64,000 nucleotides of DNA, taken from Microthyrium microscopicum. Taxonomy: Eukaryota. Shown piece by piece: positions 37,680 to 50,035 of the stretch. Positions within the stretch are counted from its first letter, which is position 1. Each line of letters begins with the position of its first letter. The position numbers were made by a program, and so were the translations under genes. The DNA lies in assembly GCA_010405405.1 (NCBI GenBank), contig MU004239.1:558001-622000 (forward strand). The letters run 5' to 3'. The notes under the pieces are model-generated. The model did no database searches and was not told the DNA's origin. It worked only from the letters and a program-made list of their open reading frames with translations.

Positions 37680-40586
37680 TATTGCTCCCAGGTATCTCTT
37701 GAGTCTCCATGATCTGCAAACCAATTGGCTTCCCAGTATATCTTTCCATCACTTTGTGTCTTCGGAATTTCATGCCATCCATTGTGCCAACTTTAGTCTT
37801 GCCGTGTCTCCCGATTGCCTGAGAGCTTTGTGTCGCCACTAAATCGTGTAGTCGTACAACAGAAACGGGCATAATTCAAGAAAAGGCCCGCAAAGCCGCG
37901 TAGCTGAACGGTCATGTGGAATATGATACTCGGATATTCATATCATGTCAAATGTCAAGGCCATTGTGGAGAAGTACAAGGCCACCCAACTGTGTTCACT
38001 TGACCTTACCTTGAATAATGAATCAACACCAATGGAGGCCTTAAGTTGATAACGCGACATATCAGGCCTACATTCTTTTGATTCATATATTATAGATGGC
38101 GATGCTGTACTAACAACTGCACTATCCGGGGTAATACAGTTCTGTGTCACTGACCCAGTTCACGACCCGATAGGCGAGCCGTTAACCCTTCTGTAATCCG
38201 AGCAAGGAATTCTTTTCTCCCAATCGATATTCCTGAATTATCCTGATTCAAATTTCCACTTTGAACATCAATAGAAGCCCGGGAACATCGGCTCGTGTGA
38301 TTGTGATGGAATCCAAATCATCGGGTATACTACTCGATTCATGAAGGCTGGACCTGCCACGAACTGCACTTTTTGCAAATAATCTGCGACCAGGTTTGGC
38401 GAATCTCACCCTCCCAGAAGCGGGGGAACAAACGATACGCTTTGACGAATATATTAGCCATCGCAAATAATTAGTCGAAAATACATCGGTTCCTTTTGAC
38501 AAATATTTCGATCTAGATCCACGTTCTTAGCTCAACATTTCGCTTTTGGCGTTGACCCGATCGCGGACCATTGAAAGATCAGAAAAGCGAGCCAGCAATG
38601 GCATTGTTACTTTAGTGTCAGTGTAACAATCGCAAGCCTCCCAAGCTAGGAGGGCCAGACTTGTCTTAAGAGCATAATCAGGTCCTTATCGATCTCTGGG
38701 GCTTGCACTTGATTTTCCTTCTCGATTTGAAATTGATTCATGCACACGATAAAAAGGCGAGCTGAAGCGATCGGCATGGAGTTCAGCATCCTTGCAGTGG
38801 GACAAAATAAGTATGGGAACCGTTTTGGCAGAGATAACATGCGGTTCTTGGATGTACATGTTTTTTGCTTACCAAGGGACGGAAGCTGCACATATTGTAG
38901 TAGTGGTTACATTATTTTCAGCGACTTGCAGCTGTTCTTGTGTCGCTGTGCGAATTAGATTGTCTGGGTTTGATGCGCTCGTGTTGGCTGCTTCGTTCCC
39001 GCTCTGGATGGCAAGAATATTTGCAGCCGCACCGCTTCTCGCGGCAATCCAGAGGCTGATTATCCGCAAGATCGAACGTTCAAGTCAGGTCTCCTGGCTG
39101 CAGTAGTAAGTTGTCACTGCTCGCCTTGCCGGAAGCTTCACTTGTGGAATGTATGATGAGGGCATCAGGCAAGACGTTGTAACCACATGGGGTGGGATTT
39201 CTGTATTCGCTGTCATCTGCGCCTTGGGTACTTCTGATCAGGCAAGTTGTTCAGTTTAGAAAGTAACTCAACCTGGTCGAGTCAACCACAGCATTGGAAT
39301 CGTATATTGGAGTCGAAACGCCGCAGGTAGCAAGGTTCAATCGATCCTATCTAGTCCGTGGAGTGGGACGGAGATACAAAATGGTTATAGTTTATGCTAG
39401 TAGTAGTTGGAGATGATATTCCATGGGGTTGGATCGTTCTGACTCTGGAGTAGTAAGTGACCTTCCGATTTAGGATGGCACGATGGGCTCTGACTATCGT
39501 CTATCAGATCTCGACTTTGATCTGCGCTAGTAAATGCGCGAAATCGAATTCAGGTTAATTTGCGAATATAGAATATTCACGCAGCATGAATCTGAAATAT
39601 AGTCAGGCAATTACATCGCGGAAAAGCCGATAAAGGTTCATCGTTAGGAAGTTCATAATGCCAACTGCCAAAAGCTTCCATGGACCCGACTAAACCACGT
39701 TCTGTGTCTTCCATGCATAAATCCTACGGACTTTGGTCCACTCACAGATGAGAAGTGAACCGATGCCAACACGATAATGACCCGATGCATCTTGCAGTAC
39801 ATGAGCATTGCATTTTGCAACATTCCAACGCATCGTACTCTTCTTCTTTCAATCATTGTATTCTACAGTGTTCGTCCATAAAAGGAAAAATGCACAATAT
39901 TAGCTCTTGTCGAAGCTGGACTGAAGCGATTACGAACATTTTCAAGCGTGACCGCACTAAGATTGGCGATATGCGAGTTACGTGCAGCAGCAACGTGCCT
40001 CAATCAGGTATTTGCTAAACGAACGGACTAACGACAGTCAAATGTCAGATGTACCAGACTTGACTTTTGACATTTGTGAAAGAATGCGATCATCAGAGGC
40101 TGATTGGAGGTTGGAGGTCAGCCAGGGCTGCTTACAAGAAATATGTCTGCATCATAAAAACGGTCACAACTGCAAGCCAACTCGTATGCGATTGATGCCA
40201 ATGCATTCCATTGACGTCTGATGGCACGCCTCATGAAGCAAGTGAACCTCCAGGCACAAAATGGCTGGACAGGTTCGAGAGGGCCTGAGAAGGGTCTTCA
40301 AGAGTTCAATTCGCCACTGGACGGTGTCGTGATCCACCGACCGTTGATATCGTGATAGTAAATTAGTCTTTGTTCGGCACGGGTCAATTGAGGCAGACCA
40401 AGACCATTGGGCAGTGATGGAGTCGGTTGTTAGAAACAGGATGAGCATTTGGCCAATTGCGCGATTAATTGGCCAGGACTGATTTACGCGCCGTACCGTA
40501 GAGGCGGGTCTAGTCTCTACCGTCCCTAGCACGCCACGCTAGCCTTCTTTAGCCTCCTCTAGCTTGTAAGAGAGAACCGACTACTC

Positions 40587-43500
40587 TGGAGGGTCGGCAA
40601 ACCGGATCCGTAATAATAGGCCCCTGATCCGTCGCTCAATCAGGAAAGGTTCTATTCAAGAATCAGTAGTAGTTATATAGCGCTAATAGAATCTATTAGC
40701 GCTATATAATAGAATTTAGCTCTAATTCTTAATAACGCTTTACTAGAATAGTATTTATATAGAGTTTATATAGATATTAGATCTTAGCCTTAAGGTTAAT
40801 AAAATACGCAAAAAACTAATCAATTTTAAGCAGGAAACTAATCAATTTTAAGCATATTCTTAAAGCTATAAATAAACCTAAGAATAGCTAAGACTCCTAA
40901 GAAAGCTATAGGTTATAGAATACGCGTTAATAAAGAGATATAATCCTATAGTAGTAATTTAGCAGTAAAAACTATTAGATCTAATATCTTTATATTTTAT
41001 AACTTATATCTTTATATTCTAAAGCTTAATATCTTCTTTAAAGCTAAAATATCTTAATAATCTACTTTAATACTTAGAATCTCAATTAAGAGTATACTTA
41101 GCTTATTTAAAGTAAACCTAACTTCCTCCCTTCTTTTCCATACCCTTTAGGGCTCTACTATACAAAATACGCCTATGCTAGTCTCTAGTTACTAGTAGGC
41201 TATAGCGCCTATAAAGACCTCTTCTAGTTACTAGTTTCTTAGCTAGGGCTAAGATAATCTAACTAAATTAATTAGAATCTATATCTATAATAGGAAATTA
41301 TACGATAGTAGTATTAGCAATGCCTTAAGTAGTTAGAAGAGTATATTTTAGAGGAGCGTTATTTAGGATTTTAAGAGTATATCTAGTAGTAAAGCACCTA
41401 TTAATTAAACGATAAAGAGTACTCTAAAAGATACAGTAATATAGTAGCGTAAAGAGAAGGATAAATACTGTTTAGAAATAGTTCTTAGTTTTAATTTATG
41501 TTAAGAAGCTCTAGATACGTAGATTATTATTAAAGACTAATATAATTTAAGGGTATTAAATAGAACTAACGCTTAAGAACTAGTTAACGCGCGTAGGTAA
41601 GAATAGGTTTAACAGCGTAATATTATTATAATAATATTTAGCGAGCGTTAAAGGCTAATTATTAAAGAAGATAAGACTTTATTACTACTTATAGATAATA
41701 TATCTACTCTACCTATTCCTAAATTACTATTAGCATCGCTAGTTTAACCTTTATTAGAAGAATTCCTTAACTTTAACACTACTAGTTTAGGTCCTCTACT
41801 ACTATAACGTACACACGTTTAAATATTAACGCCTAAGCCTTTAATAAGTCTTAGCTTAAGAAAGGGTAGAAGGGCTTAAAATCCTATAGTAAAATAAGTA
41901 AAGTATTAAAAAACGCTATCTTATATTAATAAGATAGCCCTCGCAATAAAGAAGTATTTTAAAGATACTAATAAGAGAAGTAAAGAAGCTTATTATTTTA
42001 TATAAGCACAAAACCTTATAAATATAATTATTAATAATAGTAAAGGTATACTAAAATCGTAGTAAAGTAAAGAGGTATTATAGAATTTAAAAGATATTAA
42101 AGCGCGAGTCTTTAGATTAGAAGAATAGGCTACTTAGCTTTTAGAGTAATATTTAGAAATAGTAAGGAAACTTAGTTACGATCTTATAAATAAGCCTAGA
42201 CAGATATAATTCTAATATTCTCTATAAATTTTAGTAGTTATTATAAACGTATTCTATTTATAGCTCTTTATAATATCTTTTAAAAGCTTTAAGGGTTAAA
42301 TAAAATACTAACCCTAAATCTTTAATATCTTTATTCCTTAACATCTTATAGGTACCTAACTATATCTCTTCTTTATTACTTCTTTAATATATAATATTCC
42401 TTCTAATCTTTAATAACTTTATAAACAAAACTATTAAATAAACCGTTAGGATTTAGATAATCCTTAATTAATATTAGTAATGTCCTAAAATATAAATTTA
42501 CTAAATTTGTATAGTAACAAGTAAGATAGTTAGTTAATAAGAACGATATACCTAAATAATAGGTAATAGGTATTAAACTAACGCATAGGCCTAGCCTAAA
42601 ATTAGATATTCCTTTATACTATAATTTTTTTATCTATATAAAAGATTACTTAACAAATATACGCTTTTTCGCTATAATTTAATTAAACTACTACTTAGTA
42701 ATATTTAGTAGGCTATTAAATAGGACTATTATAACGTTACTACCCTAATATATAGCATCCTTATATAACTATTATTTTTAATAGTAAAGAAATAGCTAAC
42801 AAAGTTTATCTTTAAGATTTAATTCTAAAAGTATTATTCTATTATTAATTGCCCTAGGATAACTAACGTTAATAGAGAGAATTATACTATTAAGATAGCA
42901 TATAGCCTAGCTCTTTATATAGTATCTTTAAGTATAACTACTATAAAATGCTTACTATTAATCCTCTCTACCTTTTAGTTAATAGATATTTACTATAGTA
43001 GCGTTAATAAAGCCCTAAAAGTAATCTCCACTACTAGCATCCCTTATAATATCTATATATTCCTATATTCAATCTAGTATTAAGAGAGGATAGAATTTTA
43101 AGAGCTTATAGTAGTAATAATAGAGATATATTAACGTTTAATTAAAGTAATCTTTTAATAGTATAGAACTCTTATAAAACTAATAAGAGAAGTTAAAATA
43201 AATATATAGTTAAAATAGCCTTATTAGCACTAACGCTATTAGGAATTTAGCTTTATATAGTAAATTATAACGCTTCTTTAAGGGAAGGCTCTAGAGATCT
43301 ATTAGATAAGCTAATTATTTAATTTCCTCCTTTAAAAACCTATTATATACTAATTAGTACTATAGATATTCTTCTTTATAGCTTTAAATAACTATACTAA
43401 TATTATAATACCGTATCGCTATTAAAGAGAAGATTAAGATTCTATTCTTAATATCTATAGCTAACAGGTAGCTAATATTCTTAATTAATGCAATCCTAAT

Positions 43501-43812
43501 TAATATTATTAAGGAATTAGAAGAATTATAACGCCGCTATAGCTACTTTAGTAGTAATTTATTATTTAGCGTCTATCGTAAGTATTTTGGCTATCTTAGG
43601 GCTCAAATTTAATAATTTTTAGATAATTTTTAGATAGTTAACAGCTAAGATATTATCAAATTAGGGTTCAAAAAGCTATAGAGGCAAAATTTGTATATAA
43701 TCCTTTATCCCTATTTGATACCCCCTAATAGGACCAACTAATCTACCCCTTACCTCTTTTAGCTGTCGGATAGCGTTTATTAATTATCAAGTTTTCAGCT
43801 GCCGACCCTCTA
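40587..43812. mobile_element. RIP-degraded hAT-type DNA transposon (3.2 kb)
   Basis: TIRs TGGAGGGTCGGCA (40587-40599) and TGCCGACCCTCTA (43800-43812), 12/13 match. 8-bp target duplication GACTACTC (40579-40586) / GACTACCC (43813-43820). The interior is extremely AT/TpA-rich with no ORF. The hAT call rests on the short TIR plus 8-bp TSD; no transposase motif was read. Confidence 0.85.
40813..40854 (+). repeat. 20-bp direct repeat inside the hAT-type element
   Basis: AAACTAATCAATTTTAAGCA at 40813-40832 and 40835-40854. Confidence 0.85.
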
Positions 43813-44498
43813 GACTACCCGATCGGGGATAATCTTCAGAACATCCTTGTCCAACCTTCCAACGACCAGCCATCTCTGGTCTTCAATTGGGCCTCACCCG
43901 CCACGCCAGGCTGTACCTAGCTTGTCTATCAACTGGCTTCAGCGAATGCTCTCCCTGAGTCCCTGTTGTCCCTGTGGGTCCCTGTGTCCAGGCACTGCCA
44001 GGCCCATCCTTAGGCTCATCCTCGTCACATTCTCTCTCTTTTTGCAGTGATATTTGCAGCGTGAGTACGCAGCCTTGCAACTGATCGCACGCCGTAAACT
44101 GTCCTAGGCCTGTCTAAACCCTCCAATCGCCCGCTATTAACCGGCCAGTGGCCAATCAATCCCGTCTAGACCAGGTTGGTATGCACGTTGCTCATTGCCT
44201 TTCACGACCTTGAACTTTCTAAAAGTCTCCGCCAAAATCTCCCCCCAAGATTCAAGAGTACACTAGGTACTCTCCACAATCCCCTACATAGTGCTCAAAC
44301 GCCCGTCCGACCCTGACTTTGATTGATCTTCTCTTTTCGCAAACGTTTGGTTTCAATGCGACATATATAGATTTTTGGCAATTGACTGGCAACGGTCCTA
44401 CGCGCTGGTGACGCATTATCAGTTACCCGGTTTTCATTTTTTGGCTTCCGTTTTGAGCGTTTTGACAGCTTGACCGCCTTGGTGGCCACTTTACAGCA

Positions 44499-47401
44499 AT
44501 GGTACGAATCCTTCTGTGTTATGTTGGTTGAGTCAGGGTTTCTAACATTTGCTTGCAGGAACCTCCTACTCCAATCACCCCGCTGGATCCTAGTGTGGAA
44601 ATGTTCTCGAGAGGACATCCAAAGTCTATTATGCCGATTGATATAAGACTGGCTCAAAGACTATCGATAGTGCCAGAGGTGGAAACTCCATCCAATCGCG
44701 CCGAGTTTCTGGAAGTTCCACGGTTGAATCCTCGCAAACCAAGACCATTATCAGAAGTTACTGAAATATATTCCGATAACGAGGATGATATAAGGAGTCC
44801 ATATTGCGCAGAGGATGATATAATCGAGGAGGAGTCAGAGCCTGAGTATGAGGATGATACAGTAGAATTTGAGATGGAACCTGCACGCATGATCCGAGCA
44901 GAACAGTCTCGAGAACAGTTTCACGGAGAGCAATTTCGAGAAGAACCAATTCGAAAAGAACATTTTCCAGAAGAACAGTTTGAAGAAGACGACTACTTTG
45001 AGGAAGATTACGAAGAAGACGAGTACGATGACCACTCTGACGACTCTCAAGTGGGCAGTGAGTTTGAAGAAGACTCCGAGGAAGGCTTGAGTCCAACAGT
45101 ATGTACCACGAACTTTTCGTTCTAATCCAATCTAATCATTTGCAGGATATGAATGGAGCATGGAGACAAAGTAATTCCACACTATCAACAGTGGATGACA
45201 TCCAAACTCCCAGATCTAGCCGAAGACTGCCCTCTTTGAGACTTAATATCATGAGGCAGTCTTGTGAAGGACCTCGAGGACCTCATCTTTTCAGATCGTC
45301 TACTGCATCATCCGCCGAATTTCTTGAATTTGATCGAGCATTGCAGCTATCTCCTATTGGACCAGACTATTTGAGATCACCAGATTCATTCTACCGCCAA
45401 TCAGCTATCATCGATGCAGCATTTGACAAAATGGACCAATTGGATACACCAACTACTGCCATTACAGAAACAGCATATACCATTCCTCCTCTAGGCTGGG
45501 GCTGGCAGTCCGAGGATCCACACTCATGGACAGCTCAGCAGGTCTCCATATGGATGCAAGAGTCGCGCATGGAATCAAGTATTATTCAGATGTTTGCCGA
45601 CAATGACATTTCAGGCACCATCCTCCTAGACCTTGAATTTGCAGATCTCAAGGATCTTGGTATCACCTCTTTTGGCAAACGACATCAAGTATGGAACCAT
45701 ATCTGTACTCTGCGTGATAACAATGGCCACATCAGTCCCAAGGATACCCCTTTCGATGAATCCGAAGCCTACAACAGACACTCGAGTCACAGTAAACGCA
45801 GTCAAAATTCTTGTGAGACTCCACTCACTGCAGGGCCCCGACGAAAGAAGAAGACTCGAGGCACTGGGTTTGAGCCCATTACACCAGCAGACTCGGTCTC
45901 TATCGTTGCGATTGAGCAACTCCTTCCAAAACCTCATAAATGTCCGAAAGGAGAAAACTGCCCCAAGTGGAGAAAACAGCAAAAGCTTCGCAAACGAGTT
46001 CATGAAGAGCATGGCCTTCCCATCTCACCTGAGAACGGAGGTCAAATCTTCATGGCTGGAAACCCTGGAAATCCTTCTATTGCTCAGAATATTGTAGAGA
46101 ATGTCCGACAAAACCAACCACATCCTCTTGCTACCGAGTACAGGCCAACATCTGAAGCTGTACATTCCATCATCGGTCCTTCTGTTGTTGCATCCTCCGA
46201 CCTACTAGGACCTGGTGAACAGCCAGACTTTTCACTTGACCCCGATGCTCTCAAAGCATTGGCGTCTCGCGATCCACAAGACAATGTCAGGATATTCCTC
46301 GCACTGCAGAACCTTGAACCACCCACTTTGGACCCGAATGCAGTCCCCGACATGAGACTGCAAGGAAACTTACCACGACCTCTAGCCAAACTGCAAGCTC
46401 TGCCTCCTTTATCAATACCCAGAGACCATGTTGTGCCGTTTCACTACCCTGAAAATCCCACTTCTGCTGGTCCCACCCTCTCTGCTCGCGACGACTATTT
46501 CTCCCCTTGTTACACTGCGGCTGAGACACCCATTGGTGCGAGCGTCTATCGCTTTGGCACTCCGGCTTCGGACATGGACGTCCCCGTCACCCAACCTCCC
46601 TTGGACCCAACATCCCGCGAGACCTCGCAATCTGTCCCGCCCAACATGCAGTTCCGCGACCCAATACAGCGCAGCGGATCTCGTGCTGCCGACTGGCGCA
46701 GAACTTCGTTTCAGCTCGCGCCGCTCGTTGAAGAACCTGCAACCACGACTTTCGCCATGCAGATGAACCACCACGGCCGCGCGCAGTCAACTTCTTCTGC
46801 ACCCTCGGACACAGTGGGGAGCCCAACGGTCAGCTTTGGACCCAGTGTTGGCATGGCGCCAAGCAGCAAGACGAGTCTGGATATCTATGATCCTAGATAC
46901 CCGAACGTTACGCACTCGGGCTGGATGAAGAAGCGCAAGACGAAGATGCTGCGACACGAGTGGCATGAGCACCACTTCCGGCTCAACGGCGGTGCTCAAC
47001 TCACCATGCATCGCAATGATCTACCAGCCTCTTCACCACAAGAGACACTCAATATCGACGAGTATGCTGTTGCATGTAGCAGCATTGCCAACAATAAACT
47101 CAGCGCTAAGCTCAAGGCGATGAAAATCCACTCCGCTCCCAAAGATGCACCAGCGCCTCAAGACTCCGCATTTAGCTTCCAGCTAGTGCCAGCCCGTCCC
47201 AACGGCGAAGAAGCAGGCAAGCTTCGCAAAGTAGTCGAGGGCAAGAAAACACATCACTTTGCAGTCAAGAACCGAGATGAGCGCATCGATTGGATGCGAG
47301 AGTTGATGTTAGCCAAGGCCCTGCGCGAGAAGGAAGGCAGTGGCTATGAAGTTGAAGTCAACCGAGGAGAGAAAACTTCCCTTCAAGCTCAACGTGATTG
47401 A
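44499..47401 (+). CDS. SAM- and PH-domain protein (~932 aa)
   Basis: SAM domain WTAQQVSIWM..F.DNDISGTILLDL...LKDLGITSFGKRHQVW and C-terminal PH domain HSGWMKKRK..HFAVKNRDERIDWMRELMLAKAL. The first coding exon is ATG only (44499-44501). Introns 44502-44558 and 45099-45145. Confidence 0.88.
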
Positions 47402-47728
47402 TGACTTTTAATGACCGAACAAAACTTATTCTTGGAAGGTGGCAAACGTTTGCAGATTTACCATTCTATGATCCACCATTTTTATTCACACTGAGCAAAT
47501 ATACCCTTTAGCATAGTAATATTAGCACGTCTCACGACATTTTTTGATCTCGATATTGGAACAGTAACCATATGCATGAATTATATAGAAAACATGTGTA
47601 CAGATTAAGAGGCATAAAAGCGTATACACTGCCTCGCGATCTAAATGCAAACATTCGCCAAATACTTCACCTTCCCAATGCTTTTACCATGCAATCCCCA
47701 TCGTCAACATCAACATCCAATCGCCTAA

Positions 47729-50035
47729 TCACACCTGATCGGTTCCCGTTGATATAACCCTCCTCCTCGTCCAATAACTATCACCCCTCTCCAATCCAGA
47801 CGCCACTCTCACGGGACCATGCCCATAGTCATGATCCATCGAGATGCGCCCAACAGGATCAACATGCTCATACCCCATCCCCCTCAACACCTTCTCCGCC
47901 GCAATCCGTTGCCTCTGTCTAACAACATGATCCGGATTCTTCGTCGGATCATTCTGCAAATCCGCATCTTGTCCTGGATTCACCATCTCATACTCCAAAC
48001 CCTTGATAATAACGTAAAATGACACAGCGATAAGCGATCCCGCAATCGGCCCAACCCCTATATCCCCATTAACTCATCTTCCCAGAAGGAGTGGCGGTGT
48101 AAAACTTACAATAAACCCAATGTTCACTCTTAAAACTCCCCGTGACAACTGCGGGCCCAAAACTACGCGCTGGATTCAAACTTCCGCCCGTCCACTGCAC
48201 GCCCACGAGCTCAGCGATGAAGAGGGCGAGGCCAATGCCGACTGGCGCCATGAATGTGGCCTTGTGCTTTTCTTTCGCTAGCATGAGGATGGTGAAGACT
48301 AGCTCGGCGGTCAAGAAGCCTTCGATGAAGACGCCCTTCACTTCAGATGTCGAGAGGCTTGTGTTGACGTATGTGGGCGCTGGGAAGAGCGCGAGGACGA
48401 GCGCGGAGGCGGCGATGCCGCCGGCTAGTTGGGCTAGGAGGAGAAATGGAGCTCTCAGGGGTGGGATTGCGCGGGTTAGGAGCAGCGCGAGGGTGACCTG
48501 TTTTTATTGTTAGCGTCAGTGTATCATGGAGAGCGTGTGTATGGTAGGGTGCGTATAGGGGAAGGTGAACATACAGCAGGATTGAAAAGCCCACCACTAA
48601 TCCGGAAGAAAATCCACACATTCACCATCAAACTAAAGCCAAAGCTCAAACTGATATAAACCAGCTTTTGAATGCCCAATAATGCCGTCGCGGCATCGGT
48701 ACTATCCGTACTCAACTGCACCTGCGCGCTCAATATACTCGCTGCCTGCGTGCCAGCGAATGCAAAGAACAAAAACATGGTTGTACCAACAAACTCGCCT
48801 AGCGTTGCCACAAGATGGTTTTTCAACGAACTCTGCATGAAGACAACCCATGGCAGCCAGCCTCCCACACGTGGATCGACTGCTGCAATATCACCGCCCT
48901 CGGTCTGTATGAGCACTGGTTTAGCCAGGGAACCTGCCTGTGAAGTCCCTTGGGAAGTCCGTGAAGTTTGGCGACTGGCTGACACAGTCTGTCGCAATTT
49001 CGGGTCTTCTTCTCCCGACGTTCGTCGTGACCCACCGGAGCTGTATTCGCTGCCTGCGCGCTGTGTGCTGCTGGCGCTCATACGGCGGGCGCGAACCGGT
49101 GCGCCGGAGCGCATGTATTCACGGGCATCGTAGAAGCTCCTGTGGGGACGCTGGCCTCGGCCTGCTCCAGTGGACACACCTACTACTCTCTCACTACTCC
49201 TCTCTGAGCCCAGAGTTGGGTCTGTGGAGACGGCTGGCTCGCTTCCACGGCGCTCACGCATGGCGGGATGATTGGACGCTGCGGCGAGAGCGACGTCTGC
49301 GGCGGACAGTCTGTGGGACATGCTAGGCGACAGATTTTGTGACTGGGTGTGGCGTGGGCCTTGTGGCTGGGTCTGGCTGTGGCCGTTGCCGTTTTCAGGA
49401 GGAAAGGATTCGCGGCGTTGAATGGGTCTGTTACCTCGTTGGGTGGGATTGTATGGGCGATTGTGTTGTTGCTCGTGGTCGTCGGTGTCTTCTTCCGAGT
49501 CGGTGGTGTGGTAAGAAGTACGTCGAGATTGTGTTGGATAAGCCGTCGTTCGCGGTGGTCGAGGAGCGCGACGTTCTTGTGTTGGCTGTTGTGGTGATGG
49601 TTGTACTGGTTGGCGCTGTTTTGGTAGACGCTGTGAGGGTGGTGGTTGACGCTGTTGTTGCTGGGCTTGCTGTCGGTGGGCCTGCTCCTGTTGGAGTTGG
49701 ACTTGGGCTTGTTGCTGTTGTTCAAGCTCTCGTCGTTGTTGCTCGCGTGCTGCTATAGCTCTCTGCTCTCTGGAAGCAATATGTTCTAGTTGCGCCAGGT
49801 GCTGCTGTTGCTGTTGCTGAGCGTATTGATTTGCTGCTGCCGTGGCAGTAACTTGTGCTCGTAGGGCGGTGGTTGAAGGAGTAGGAGGTAGTTCTTGAAA
49901 AGGTCTATCGCTGCTCATTGCACTACGCGTAGGTTGACGAACAGTTTCTGAGGCAGATGCAGCGGGTGCCGCGCCCCGAGGATGAAATGGTTGGGATGAT
50001 CCTGAAGTTGGCTCTGGTGGTGGAGGAGTTTGCAT
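47729..50035 (-). CDS. Aquaporin (MIP family) with long low-complexity N-terminus (~725 aa)
   Basis: GEFVGTTMFLFFAF, FFRISGGLFNPAVT, TGGSLNPARSFGP, HWVYWVGP and LEYEMVNPGQD; both NPA motifs are present. Introns 48498-48574 and 48058-48109. Confidence 0.9.

Noticed and set aside
40600..43800. Centromere, organellar insertion or horizontal transfer as the cause of the AT-rich block
   Set aside because: Exact TIR/TSD boundaries and TpA-biased composition are better explained by a RIP-mutated transposon.
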